Shown here in pieces: positions 27,327 to 36,353 of a stretch of DNA of 45,812 bases. Within the stretch, counting starts at the first letter, position 1; each line of letters starts with the position of its first letter. The notes below the pieces were generated by a model. The model made no database searches. It saw only the letters and a program-made list of their open reading frames with translations, and was not told the origin of the DNA. Origin of the DNA: an uncultured Lachnospiraceae bacterium. GTDB lineage: Bacteria; Bacillota; Clostridia; Lachnospirales; Lachnospiraceae. A program made the position numbers and the translations under genes. Where the stretch lies: NCBI GenBank assembly GCA_964388555.1, contig CAYMAY010000004.1:1-45812 (forward strand). The letters run 5' to 3'.

Positions 27327-30300
27327 ATGGTAAACAATATCGATTCCGTAGTTAGCATAGGACATGAAAAGCGTGTAGAGGGGCTTAACAGTGCCTACAA
27401 TGCCCTTTCGGGTATCTTCTTTTCAATGCACCGCGTTGACGTTCTAAATAATACATATTCCGGTATCAAAACCACATCCACTATCCAGCATCTGACCATA
27501 CCAAATTCGGATAATTATGATGATAACGCCGATCGTATCATTCGCGGCGTTTCTTCGCAGTGGAGCCGCGATGAGGCGCTTCGTTTTGTGGAAAGAAGCA
27601 CGCTGCCTGAGCGCATGGCCGGAAAAAATCACATCGCAATGGAGTTTCTATCTTACGCGGCTGAACCGTGTAAGCTCCATTTCTTTAGAGAGGGAGAAGA
27701 TGTAAACGCGCCTCTGAAGTATGTGATCTTCGCAGTGGAAAAAGTGGATGAGGAAAAAACCCAGGCAATCATCAATGCCCTTTCACATGATTACAGAAAT
27801 GTATTCTGGATCAATCTGGATGATGGCGAAGCCCGTGTGCTCAAAATGAAAGACTATATTGGCGAGGGCATAGACGAGAAGGAAAATCAGAGATTTTCTT
27901 ATGGTGAAACCAGTGTTGCATATGTGGCAAAACGTATACATCCCGACGACAAAGAACAGCAGAAAAAAATGATCTCGCTGGAGCATTTGCAGGAGCATTT
28001 CAAGGATCACAATGAGCTCACCGGAAGTTATCGTGTTTTGGTGGATGGCGTGGTGCATCATTTCAGTTACGTATTTTATAAGCTTGCAAATCTCAATTCG
28101 GTTGTTGCGGGATTTCGAAATATCGATGACATTATTGAAAGACACACTGCCGAGGAACGTCATCAGCGCGAAGTGGAGCAGGCTTATCAGAACCGCTTAA
28201 AAGAGCAGCTTATGATATTCAATTCGCTTTCAAGCAATTTCAGGAATGTATATTTTGCGGATCTTAATGAAGAAACGGCAAGGATACTGAAGCAGGATTC
28301 GAGATATGTAGATCTTCTTGATCTGGATGGGTCAGAAGTTTTTCCGTTTGTCGCTGTACTCAAATACTGGATCGACAATGTGGTATACGAAGAAGACAGA
28401 GAAGAAATCCGCAAAGTGTTCGAGCTGGATAATATCAAACGTGCAATGGCAGCTCATAAAGAGCTTACGGGAAATTACCGCAGTCTGATCGATGGGGAGA
28501 TCCATCACTTCCAGTATAATCTGGTCAGTGTCAGCGAAGACGGTGTTAAGGCTGTTTTGGGCTATCAGAATATCGATGAAATCGTGGAACAGCACATAGC
28601 ACAGGAAAAGAAAGAAAGGGAATTGATGGAAGCGCGCAATCGCGAAGCAAGGGAGCGCGCGGAGGTTATTTCGTCTCTTTCAACCATATATTCCACTATT
28701 TTCAGAGCCGAGATCGACACACATAACTATGAGGTGCTGAATAGCGTTTCTCTTATGGATGATCTTGCCGGCGTTGACGGAAATTTTGACGAAGTAAAAG
28801 AAGAAATCATCACGGCGTTCATGGCACCTGAAATGAGAGATCAGATGCGGGAATTTCTGGATCTTAATACACTGGCGGCCCGTCTTAAAAATGTCAAGAC
28901 AGTTTCAACGGAATACCGCAATCCTGAGGGAAGATGGTTTCAGGCTCGTTTTATCACAAAGCGAAGAGACAAGGCGGGAAATGTCAAGGAAGTTCTCTAC
29001 GTTGCCCGGGACTGCACAGACGAAAAAATGCAGGAGCTGGAGCAGCAGAATCAATTGACAAATGCTTTGGCGGCGGCTCAGCAGGCCAGCAAGGCAAAGT
29101 CAACATTCCTTAACAGTATGTCTCACGATATCCGTACGCCTATGAATGCCATCATAGGATTTACGGCGCTTGCACAGACCCACATCAATGATCAGGAAAA
29201 GGTAAAGGATTATCTGGCTAAGATAAGCACGTCCAGTACTCATCTGCTCAGCCTTATAAATGATATTCTTGATATGAGCCGTATTGAGAGCGGTACCGTT
29301 AAGCTCGATGAAAAACCGGTGCATATTCCGGATATTCTGCATGATCTGCGGACGATGATACAGGGTCTTGTAAGCTCCAAGAACCTCAATCTCTATATTG
29401 ATACTCAGGATGTCATGCACGAGGATGTTATCACCGATAAGCTTCGACTTAATCAGGTGCTCATTAATATCGTTGGAAATGCCATTAAGTTTACACCGCC
29501 GGGCGGAGATATTATTATCCGACTTCTGGAGAAGCCTTGCGAAATGAAGAATCACGCGACATACGTATTTTCTGTCAAGGATAACGGAATCGGTATGTCG
29601 GAGAAATTCCTTGAGCATATATTCGAGTCGTTTTCAAGAGAATACAGCACAACGGTCAGCGGCATTCAGGGAACGGGTCTCGGAATGGCCATTACAAAGA
29701 ATATCGTTGACATGATGGGCGGCACCATAACCGTCGACAGCGTAGAGGGAAGAGGTTCATTGTTTACCGTCACGCTGAACATACGCCTTACAAATGTAGC
29801 CGTGCAAAACGAGCCCATACCGGAGCTTCTGGGCGCTAGAGCCCTGGTTGTGGATGATGATCTTGACACCTGCAGGAATGTCAGCAAGATGCTGCGTGAC
29901 ATTAAGATGCGTCCTGATTGGACGGCGTCCGGCAGGGAAGCCATTGTCCGTGCTCAGGATGCGGCGGAAATGAAGGACGAGTACAAGGTTTATATCATCG
30001 ACTACCTCATGCCGGATATGAACGGAATCGAGACGATCCGCAGAATCCGTCGCGTTATCAGCGAAGAGGCATCGATAATCGTTCTTACCGCCTACGATTG
30101 GGCAGACATCGAATACGAGGCAAGGGAAGCCGGCGTTACGGCGTTTGTGTCAAAGCCGCTGTTCATGTCGGAACTCAGGAATGCGTTAACCCAGACAAAA
30201 GAAGAGAATCTCGGTGCGCAGGAGGGAAAAGAGGTTTACGATTACAGCGGAAAGCATGTCCTTCTGGTTGAGGATAATGAACTTAACCGTGAGATCGCAA

Positions 30301-30632
30301 CGGCTATATTAGAGGAAGCCGGCATCAAGGTTGACAGTGCTTCAGACGGAACGGAAGCCGTTGATATTATGTACAAGGCGGATGATGACGAATATGATCT
30401 CATATTTATGGATATTCAGATGCCCAAGATGGACGGCTACACCGCAACCCACGAGATACGAACATTCGCGAACAACAAGAAGGCCAATATTCCTATCGTT
30501 GCCATGACGGCAAACGCGTTTGACGAGGACAAAAAGAAATCCCTCGAAGCAGGAATGAACGGCCACATCGCGAAGCCCATCAGCATCGAACAGATTGCGA
30601 AGGTTCTCGATGATATATTTGCAGGAAAGTAG
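27327..30632 (+). CDS. soluble hybrid sensor histidine kinase with tandem PAS-like modules and two receiver domains
   Basis: H-box SHDIRTPMNAI (His codon 29124-29126), N-box NAIKFTPPGG, G-boxes DNGIGM and GTGLGM. Two REC domains have Asp codons at 30000-30002 and 30411-30413. No hydrophobic helices. ATG 27327 lies 7 nt after AGGAGA; the ORF track opens at GTG 27276. Confidence 0.9.
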   Translation: MVNNIDSVVSIGHEKRVEGLNSAYNALSGIFFSMHRVDVLNNTYSGIKTTSTIQHLTIPNSDNYDDNADRIIRGVSSQWSRDEALRFVERSTLPERMAGKNHIAMEFLSYAAEPCKLHFFREGEDVNAPLKYVIFAVEKVDEEKTQAIINALSHDYRNVFWINLDDGEARVLKMKDYIGEGIDEKENQRFSYGETSVAYVAKRIHPDDKEQQKKMISLEHLQEHFKDHNELTGSYRVLVDGVVHHFSYVFYKLANLNSVVAGFRNIDDIIERHTAEERHQREVEQAYQNRLKEQLMIFNSLSSNFRNVYFADLNEETARILKQDSRYVDLLDLDGSEVFPFVAVLKYWIDNVVYEEDREEIRKVFELDNIKRAMAAHKELTGNYRSLIDGEIHHFQYNLVSVSEDGVKAVLGYQNIDEIVEQHIAQEKKERELMEARNREARERAEVISSLSTIYSTIFRAEIDTHNYEVLNSVSLMDDLAGVDGNFDEVKEEIITAFMAPEMRDQMREFLDLNTLAARLKNVKTVSTEYRNPEGRWFQARFITKRRDKAGNVKEVLYVARDCTDEKMQELEQQNQLTNALAAAQQASKAKSTFLNSMSHDIRTPMNAIIGFTALAQTHINDQEKVKDYLAKISTSSTHLLSLINDILDMSRIESGTVKLDEKPVHIPDILHDLRTMIQGLVSSKNLNLYIDTQDVMHEDVITDKLRLNQVLINIVGNAIKFTPPGGDIIIRLLEKPCEMKNHATYVFSVKDNGIGMSEKFLEHIFESFSREYSTTVSGIQGTGLGMAITKNIVDMMGGTITVDSVEGRGSLFTVTLNIRLTNVAVQNEPIPELLGARALVVDDDLDTCRNVSKMLRDIKMRPDWTASGREAIVRAQDAAEMKDEYKVYIIDYLMPDMNGIETIRRIRRVISEEASIIVLTAYDWADIEYEAREAGVTAFVSKPLFMSELRNALTQTKEENLGAQEGKEVYDYSGKHVLLVEDNELNREIATAILEEAGIKVDSASDGTEAVDIMYKADDDEYDLIFMDIQMPKMDGYTATHEIRTFANNKKANIPIVAMTANAFDEDKKKSLEAGMNGHIAKPISIEQIAKVLDDIFAGK

Positions 30633-30641
30633 AAAATAAAC

Positions 30642-30793
30642 GAGCAAGCCTTAGTACACCTGCACGGAGAGACACGCTCCCGCTCCGCTCGTCGAAGCAG
30701 CGGTACTAACCTCACTCTTCGCCGTTGGCTCGAGTTCGCTAAGTACCGGCCTCCTCGAGGGTCTTCCTTAGCAGGTGTACATTGGCTTTGCTC
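30642..30793 (+). other. GC-rich, multi-helix structured element directly 3' of the histidine-kinase gene (candidate ncRNA or complex terminator)
   Basis: An outer helix pairs 30642-30663 with 30771-30793 (10 bp, 3-nt internal loop, 5 bp, bulge, 4 bp). A second helix pairs GGAGAGAC (30666-30673) with GTCTTCC (30761-30767). Inner helices include CGGTACT/AGTACCG. A TGTTTCTTT tail follows. Confidence 0.45.
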
Positions 30794-30867
30794 TGTTTCT
30801 TTAAAACTGTTATGGAAAAGCGGGGCACGGATTTACGTATTGAAGACCGGCACGGATTTTTTCGACG

Positions 30868-30896
30868 TTTTTGACCTTTCGACCCTTGTATCATGC
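30868..30896 (-). repeat. inverted copy of the 27-nt core of the infA-ftsZ spacer repeat
   Basis: The reverse complement ATGATACAAGGGTCGAAAGGTCAAAAA matches 14018-14044 (ATGATACTAAGGTCGAAAAGTTAAAAA) at 23 of 27 positions. Confidence 0.55.
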
Positions 30897-30906
30897 AAAT
30901 TTAAGG

Positions 30907-30935
30907 TTTACAACACCATTTCTTTATGATAGTAT
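30907..30935 (+). promoter_or_regulatory. rpsF promoter, TTTACA-17 nt-TGaTAGTAT (extended -10)
   Basis: -35 at 30907-30912, TG at 30927-30928, -10 TAGTAT at 30930-30935. The leader of about 100 nt has two hairpins (TTGCCG/CGGCAA and TTTCCG/CGGAAA). Confidence 0.5.
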
Positions 30936-31043
30936 ACATCGGAAAAGGAATTTATACGTTGCCGTTTAATTTACATGAACCGCGGCAATTATATCCTTGT
31001 TTTCCGCAGGACGGAAAGCCAAAGACCATAAGGAGGAAACAAA

Positions 31044-31439
31044 ATGAACAAGTATGAATTGGCGCTGGTCGTAACAGCAAAGATCGATGATAACGCCAGA
31101 GCGGAAGTTGTAGAAAAAGCAAAAGGCTACATCACCCGTGCAAACGGAGTTATCGTTGGAATCGAAGAGTGGGGCAAGAAGAGACTTGCTTATGAGATTC
31201 AGTATCAGCGTGAAGCTTATTATTACTTTATCCACTTCGAGGCAGAACCTGAGGTTCCGGGTGTGATCGAAAGAGATCTTCGAATCATGGACAATGTACT
31301 TCGTTATCTCGTTGTACGTCAGGATGACGATTTCGTTATGCCTGAGCAGAAGAGCGAAGAAGCACCTGTTGAAGAAGCAGCACAGAGCACTGAGGCAGTA
31401 GAAGAAGTTGCTGCTGAAGAGACAGTCGCTGAGCAGTAA
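31044..31439 (+). CDS. rpsF: 30S ribosomal protein S6 (bS6) with a long acidic C-terminal tail
   Basis: MNKYELALVV...EEWGKKRLAYEI...; an E/A-rich tail of about 30 aa. Confidence 0.95.
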   Translation: MNKYELALVVTAKIDDNARAEVVEKAKGYITRANGVIVGIEEWGKKRLAYEIQYQREAYYYFIHFEAEPEVPGVIERDLRIMDNVLRYLVVRQDDDFVMPEQKSEEAPVEEAAQSTEAVEEVAAEETVAEQ

Positions 31440-31460
31440 GAGTCGAAGGAGGATAAAACA

Positions 31461-31718
31461 ATGGCAGAGAACCAGGAAAGAACATATACACCTTCAAGAA
31501 GGAGAATGCCTCGCAGAAGAAAGAAAGTCTGCATATTCTGCGGCAAGGAAGATTGCATAAGCTACAAGGATGCAGCAAAGCTTAAAAAGTTTGTTTCTGA
31601 AAGAGGAAAAATCCTTCCCAGAAGAGTAACAGGAAACTGCGCTAAGCATCAGAGAGCAGTTACACTTGCGGTTAAGCGCGCAAGACATTTGGCTATAATG
31701 CCGTACGTAGATGATTGA
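31461..31718 (+). CDS. rpsR: 30S ribosomal protein S18 (bS18)
   Basis: 85 aa, ...[10 protein letters not shown]...ISYKD...[24 protein letters not shown]. Confidence 0.96.
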   Translation: MAENQERTYTPSRRRMPRRRKKVCIFCGKEDCISYKDAAKLKKFVSERGKILPRRVTGNCAKHQRAVTLAVKRARHLAIMPYVDD

Positions 31719-31720
31719 TT

Positions 31721-31750
31721 AAAAAAAGGCTCTTTTAAAGAGCCTTTTTT
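31721..31750 (+). terminator. rho-independent terminator after rpsR
   Basis: GGCTCTT-TTA-AAGAGCC stem, extended by A/T pairs and followed by T6. Confidence 0.85.
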
Positions 31751-31780
31751 CTTTAACAACACGTATTATGATGCACATTC

Positions 31781-32992
31781 ATGTCTATCGGGGGAATGAT
31801 GGCTAATAAAAGGGGAAAAAAGCTAAAAACGAAAGCATACTTTGACTACAGTCTTTTGGCGGTAGTTATTATTCTTGTGTGCTTCGGACTTGTAATGATG
31901 TACAGCGCAAGCTCCTTTGACGCGGTAAAAGCCACGGGCAACGATATGTATTACCTTATAAGACAGGCAATCATATCGGGTGTTGCCATATTGTTTGCCC
32001 TTCTGATCTCAAAGGCGGATTTCCATATATTTGTAAAGCTGTCGGGAATATTGTACATTCTCTCCATTCTTTTGATGGCGGTTGTAAAATACACACCACT
32101 GGGTGTCGATTACAACGGTGCAAAGCGCTGGATCGAGATAAAAGGAATCCAGTTTCAGCCCTCCGAGATAGCCAAGATCGCCGTTATTCTTTTCATAACT
32201 GTGCAGATAATCAGAATGGGCAGGTATTTTTACACGAAAAAAGGCGTTTTTACGGTATTTATTTACGGATTCATTCCGGCCTTCGGCGCGTATTTTTTCA
32301 CCGATAATCTAAGTACTGCCATCATAATAATGGCAATAGACGTTCTTATGATATTTGTCGCCCATCCCAAAACAAAGAAATTCATCATACTGTTTATCAT
32401 TTTAGCACTCATTGTGGCGATCGCTGTTATAATCCTGTCAAATTACGCGAATTCCGGCGACAGCTTCAGAATAAGGCGAATACAGGCATGGCTCAATCCC
32501 GAGCAGTATTCGGAGTATGGCGGAATGCAGGTGCTCCAGGGTCTTTATGCCATAGGAAGCGGAGGATTTTTCGGCAAGGGCCTGGGAAACGGTACCCAGA
32601 AGATAACGGCGATTCCCGAGGCGCAGAACGACATGATCTTCTCGGTAATATGCGAGGAGCTGGGTCTTGTGGGAGCCATAGTTGTACTTCTTCTTTTCGC
32701 GTATCTTCTCTACAGGATAATGTGGATCGCGCAGAACGCGCCGGATCTTAAGGGATGCCTTATAGCGAGTGGTGTATTTATCCATATCGCCCTTCAGGTA
32801 GTGCTTAATATATGCGTTGTTCTCAACGTAATACCTACGACGGGAGTTACACTTCCGTTTGTGAGTTACGGAGGAACGGCGGTAGTATTTTTGATGAGTG
32901 AAATAGGTGTCGTGCTGGGAATTTCGCGGCAGATAGATGTTAGTGATGCCGGCGAGCGCAGCAGTGAACCAAAAAGCGTGCCTAATGCGTGA
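31781..32992 (+). CDS. SEDS family peptidoglycan glycosyltransferase (FtsW/RodA/SpoVE)
   Basis: About 400 aa and polytopic, with conserved blocks GAKRWI..G.QFQPSE.AK, PEAQNDMIFSVICEELG and LPFVSYGGTA. The start is ambiguous (31781, 31796 or 31799). Confidence 0.9.
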   Translation: MSIGGMMANKRGKKLKTKAYFDYSLLAVVIILVCFGLVMMYSASSFDAVKATGNDMYYLIRQAIISGVAILFALLISKADFHIFVKLSGILYILSILLMAVVKYTPLGVDYNGAKRWIEIKGIQFQPSEIAKIAVILFITVQIIRMGRYFYTKKGVFTVFIYGFIPAFGAYFFTDNLSTAIIIMAIDVLMIFVAHPKTKKFIILFIILALIVAIAVIILSNYANSGDSFRIRRIQAWLNPEQYSEYGGMQVLQGLYAIGSGGFFGKGLGNGTQKITAIPEAQNDMIFSVICEELGLVGAIVVLLLFAYLLYRIMWIAQNAPDLKGCLIASGVFIHIALQVVLNICVVLNVIPTTGVTLPFVSYGGTAVVFLMSEIGVVLGISRQIDVSDAGERSSEPKSVPNA

Positions 32993-33040
32993 AATAAAGT
33001 GCGGGAAATCAGGCGTTGCGGCATCAGTGAGGATTAAATA

Positions 33041-35752
33041 ATGGACGGGAAGATTCTTTTAGTCGACGGACACAGTATATTAAACAGGGCATTTTACGGG
33101 CTGCCGCTGCTTACAAATTCCAGCGGCGTTTATACCAATGCCGTCTATGGATTTCTTAATATATTTTTCAAGGTATACGAGGATATAAAGCCGGATCATG
33201 TTGCCGTTGCCTTTGACCTTTCAGCGCCTACATTCAGACACAAAATGTACGACGCGTACAAGGGAACGCGAAAGAAGATGCCCGACGAGCTTGCAGCTCA
33301 GGTGCCTGTCATCAAAAAAGCCCTGGAGGCCATGGATGTTGTACTTCTTCAAAAGGAAGGACTTGAGGCGGATGATCTTATCGGCTCTCAGGCGGAGGCG
33401 GCGCAGAAGCTGGGTATGAAAGTCACGATCCTTTCGGGAGATCGTGATCTTTTGCAGCTTGTAAATGAGAATGTTACCCAGATCCTGCCCAAAACCAGCA
33501 AAGGCACGACGACATACGAGACATTTACGCCTGAGTACGTTAAGGAAGTATATAAAATAGGACCGGATAAGATAGTAGACCTTAAGGCCATGATGGGTGA
33601 TTCGTCGGATAACATACCGGGTCTGCCGGGAGTCGGCGAAAAGACGGCGACAAATCTTATTCTTGAGTATGGTTCGCTGGAAAATGCCCATGATAATCTT
33701 GACAAGATAAAGCCGAAAAAGGCCATGGAAGCGTTCCGGGATAGCTATGAGCTGGGAGAACTTTCGAAAAAGCTGGCAACCATAAAGACGGATGCCGATA
33801 CCGGAGCGGATATAAACGATCTTAAGGTAAAGAATTTTTATACTCCCGCGGCGTATGATGTCTTCAAGGAGCTTGGATTTAAAAACTTCCTTACGCGCTT
33901 TAATGATGAGAATAAAAAAAGCGGTGAGGATGTTAAGATCGGGATCATCAGCGACAGAAAAACGGCGGATGAGCTTATAAAAGAGGCGCTTGTGTGCGAT
34001 CTTGTGGGATTCTGTCTCGATATCACTAATGATGATAGTGCGGAAACAGAAGAATTTCAGTATACATTTGATTTTGATAACGGAAATATACACGCAGATG
34101 TTTCCGGCGGCGCAAGTGCGATCTTCGGCCGCGTGTCAGGCCTTGCCCTTGCTTTCGCGGATAAGTGTGTTTATATAAAAGACGATGAAGAATACTTAAA
34201 GTCTTCAATCTGCAAGATCATAAAAAAGACAGATACATCTACCGTGGATTTCAAGGAACAGCAGAATATCTTAAGGTGCGATCCGGACAGCGGAGTATTC
34301 GATTGTGTCATAGCCGCGTATCTTATGGATCCCTTAAGAAGCGAATATTCATATGAATATATCGCCTCGCAGTACGGAAATGCATCACTGCCATCGGCAG
34401 AGGAGATCGTAGGTTCAAAGATCACGAAGAAAACAGAGATTTCCGATGAACAGAGGCAAAAGATCATATCATACAAGGCTTACGGTGCACTGGTTTCGGT
34501 AGATGGCTTAAGGAGTCGTCTTAACGAAAGCGGTCAGATGACGCTTTTTGACGACATCGAAATGCCATTTGTATATGCCTTGAGCGACATGGAGATTGCC
34601 GGAATCAGGATGAATTCCGATGAGCTTACGGAGTTTTCGAAAACCCTTAAGGTTCAGCTTGAGGAGCTTGAAAAAAGCATATACGATCAGGCGGGAGAAG
34701 AATTCAACATACAATCTCCGAAACAACTGGGAGTTGTACTTTTTGAAAAACTTCAGCTTAAGGGCGGCAAGAAAACAAAAACCGGTTATTCCACCGCGGT
34801 GGACGTGCTGGAAAAGCTTGCCGATGAAGCACCGATAGTCCGTGATATACTAAAATATCGTCAGCTTGCAAAGCTGAAATCCACATATGCTGATGCTCTC
34901 GGAAGTTACGTGCGGGAAGACGGCCGCATACATTCACATTTTCAGCAGAGTGTTACGGCGACGGGTCGTATAAGCTCCACAGATCCCAACATGCAGAACA
35001 TACCCGTCCGCATGGAACTGGGGCGAAAGATAAGAAAGGTTTTCGTTCCGCGGGAAGGCTGCGTATTTATAGATGCCGATTATTCCCAGATAGAGCTTCG
35101 CGTTCTGGCCCATATGTCAGGCGATGAAAAGCTTATCGAAGCCTACAGACAGGATAGCGATATACACAGGATAACGGCGTCGCAGGTATTTTCCGTTCCG
35201 CTGGATGAGGTTACGCCTCAGCAGAGAAGAAACGCCAAGGCCGTAAACTTCGGAATCGTATACGGGATAAGCTCGTTTGGCCTTAGTCAGGACTTAAGCA
35301 TAAGCCGTAAAGAGGCACAGAGTTATATCGAAAAATATTTCGAAACATATCCCGGCATAAAGAAATATCTGGATGAAACAGTCGAAAACGCGAAGAAAAA
35401 CGGCTATACGACAACCATGTTCGGGCGCAGAAGACCTATTCCGGAGCTTAAGTCATCGAATTTCATGCAGAGGTCATTTGGCGAAAGAGTCGCTATGAAT
35501 TCGCCCATACAGGGCAGTGCGGCCGATATAATCAAAAAGGCAATGCTTAATGTAAATAAGCGTTTAAAGGCGGAGAAACTTGAGTCAAGGATAATCCTTC
35601 AGGTGCACGATGAACTTCTCGTAGAGGCTCCCGTGGCTGAAGAAAATGCGGTAAAAGAACTCCTGAAAGAAGAAATGGAAAATGCCGTTCATCTTTCCGT
35701 GGAGCTTATCGCGGACACGAATTCGGGATATGATTGGGACGAGGCACATTAA
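33041..35752 (+). CDS. polA: DNA polymerase I
   Basis: 903 aa. It has a 5' nuclease domain (LLVDGHSILNRAFY, GDSSDNIPGLPGVGEKTA), pol motif A (DYSQIELRVLAH) and motif B (RRNAKAVNFGIVYG), plus QVHDELL. Confidence 0.96.
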   Translation: MDGKILLVDGHSILNRAFYGLPLLTNSSGVYTNAVYGFLNIFFKVYEDIKPDHVAVAFDLSAPTFRHKMYDAYKGTRKKMPDELAAQVPVIKKALEAMDVVLLQKEGLEADDLIGSQAEAAQKLGMKVTILSGDRDLLQLVNENVTQILPKTSKGTTTYETFTPEYVKEVYKIGPDKIVDLKAMMGDSSDNIPGLPGVGEKTATNLILEYGSLENAHDNLDKIKPKKAMEAFRDSYELGELSKKLATIKTDADTGADINDLKVKNFYTPAAYDVFKELGFKNFLTRFNDENKKSGEDVKIGIISDRKTADELIKEALVCDLVGFCLDITNDDSAETEEFQYTFDFDNGNIHADVSGGASAIFGRVSGLALAFADKCVYIKDDEEYLKSSICKIIKKTDTSTVDFKEQQNILRCDPDSGVFDCVIAAYLMDPLRSEYSYEYIASQYGNASLPSAEEIVGSKITKKTEISDEQRQKIISYKAYGALVSVDGLRSRLNESGQMTLFDDIEMPFVYALSDMEIAGIRMNSDELTEFSKTLKVQLEELEKSIYDQAGEEFNIQSPKQLGVVLFEKLQLKGGKKTKTGYSTAVDVLEKLADEAPIVRDILKYRQLAKLKSTYADALGSYVREDGRIHSHFQQSVTATGRISSTDPNMQNIPVRMELGRKIRKVFVPREGCVFIDADYSQIELRVLAHMSGDEKLIEAYRQDSDIHRITASQVFSVPLDEVTPQQRRNAKAVNFGIVYGISSFGLSQDLSISRKEAQSYIEKYFETYPGIKKYLDETVENAKKNGYTTTMFGRRRPIPELKSSNFMQRSFGERVAMNSPIQGSAADIIKKAMLNVNKRLKAEKLESRIILQVHDELLVEAPVAEENAVKELLKEEMENAVHLSVELIADTNSGYDWDEAH

Positions 35753-35753
35753 A

Positions 35754-36353
35754 ATGTATATAATAGGAATAACCGGCGGAATAGGATGCGGAAAGTCGCT
35801 GGTGTGCGAATATCTGGGCAGGGATTACGATGCGGAAGTTATCATGGCGGACGACGTTGCCCACGATGTAATGAAGCCGGGAACGAAATGCAATAAATCA
35901 TTAAGAAAATTATTCGGTGATGAATATTTTTTAGACGACGGGTCGCTGAACCGCAAAACGGCGGGAGCGCTGGCGTTTAAAAATCCGGATATCTTAGAAG
36001 CTATGAACAACATAATTCATCCTGCCGTATGGGATGAGATTCAGGACAGGCTTGCCAGGGCAGAAAATGCGGGTAAAAAGCTCGCTGTTATCGAGGCGGC
36101 ACTACTTATTGGTACAAAGTACAAAGACATTTGCGAAGAATTCTGGTATATATATTCTGATACCGAAACAAGGCTGGAGCGTCTTGTATCAAACAGAGGC
36201 ATAACAGCCGAGAGAGCGAAAGATGTTATGAAAAATCAGCTTTCTGATGATGAATTTAAAAATGCGTGTGATTTTACCGTGGACAACAGCGGCGATTTCG
36301 AGGATACTAAAGAACAGATAAAGAAACATCTTTCAAAAAGGTACGGTTTATGA
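35754..36353 (+). CDS. coaE: dephospho-CoA kinase
   Basis: ATG 35754, right after the polA stop, gives MYIIGITGGIGCGKS (P-loop). The ORF track opens upstream inside polA. Confidence 0.9.
   Translation: MYIIGITGGIGCGKSLVCEYLGRDYDAEVIMADDVAHDVMKPGTKCNKSLRKLFGDEYFLDDGSLNRKTAGALAFKNPDILEAMNNIIHPAVWDEIQDRLARAENAGKKLAVIEAALLIGTKYKDICEEFWYIYSDTETRLERLVSNRGITAERAKDVMKNQLSDDEFKNACDFTVDNSGDFEDTKEQIKKHLSKRYGL

Noticed and set aside
30642-30793. Retron msr/msd-like ncRNA (long flanking inverted repeats enclosing stem-loops) or a riboswitch for rpsF
   Set aside because: No reverse-transcriptase ORF follows; rpsF does. The element lies upstream of the predicted rpsF promoter, so it cannot be that gene's leader. 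It is kept only as an unclassified structured element.
33221-34093. 290-aa minus-strand ORF inside polA. Similar antisense ORFs occur at 4171-4659, 9669-10154, 36236-36763 and 41322-41801.
   Set aside because: These are shadow ORFs antisense to confidently identified genes. Their translations are low-complexity (R/I/L/S/K-rich), with no SD and no recognisable motifs.
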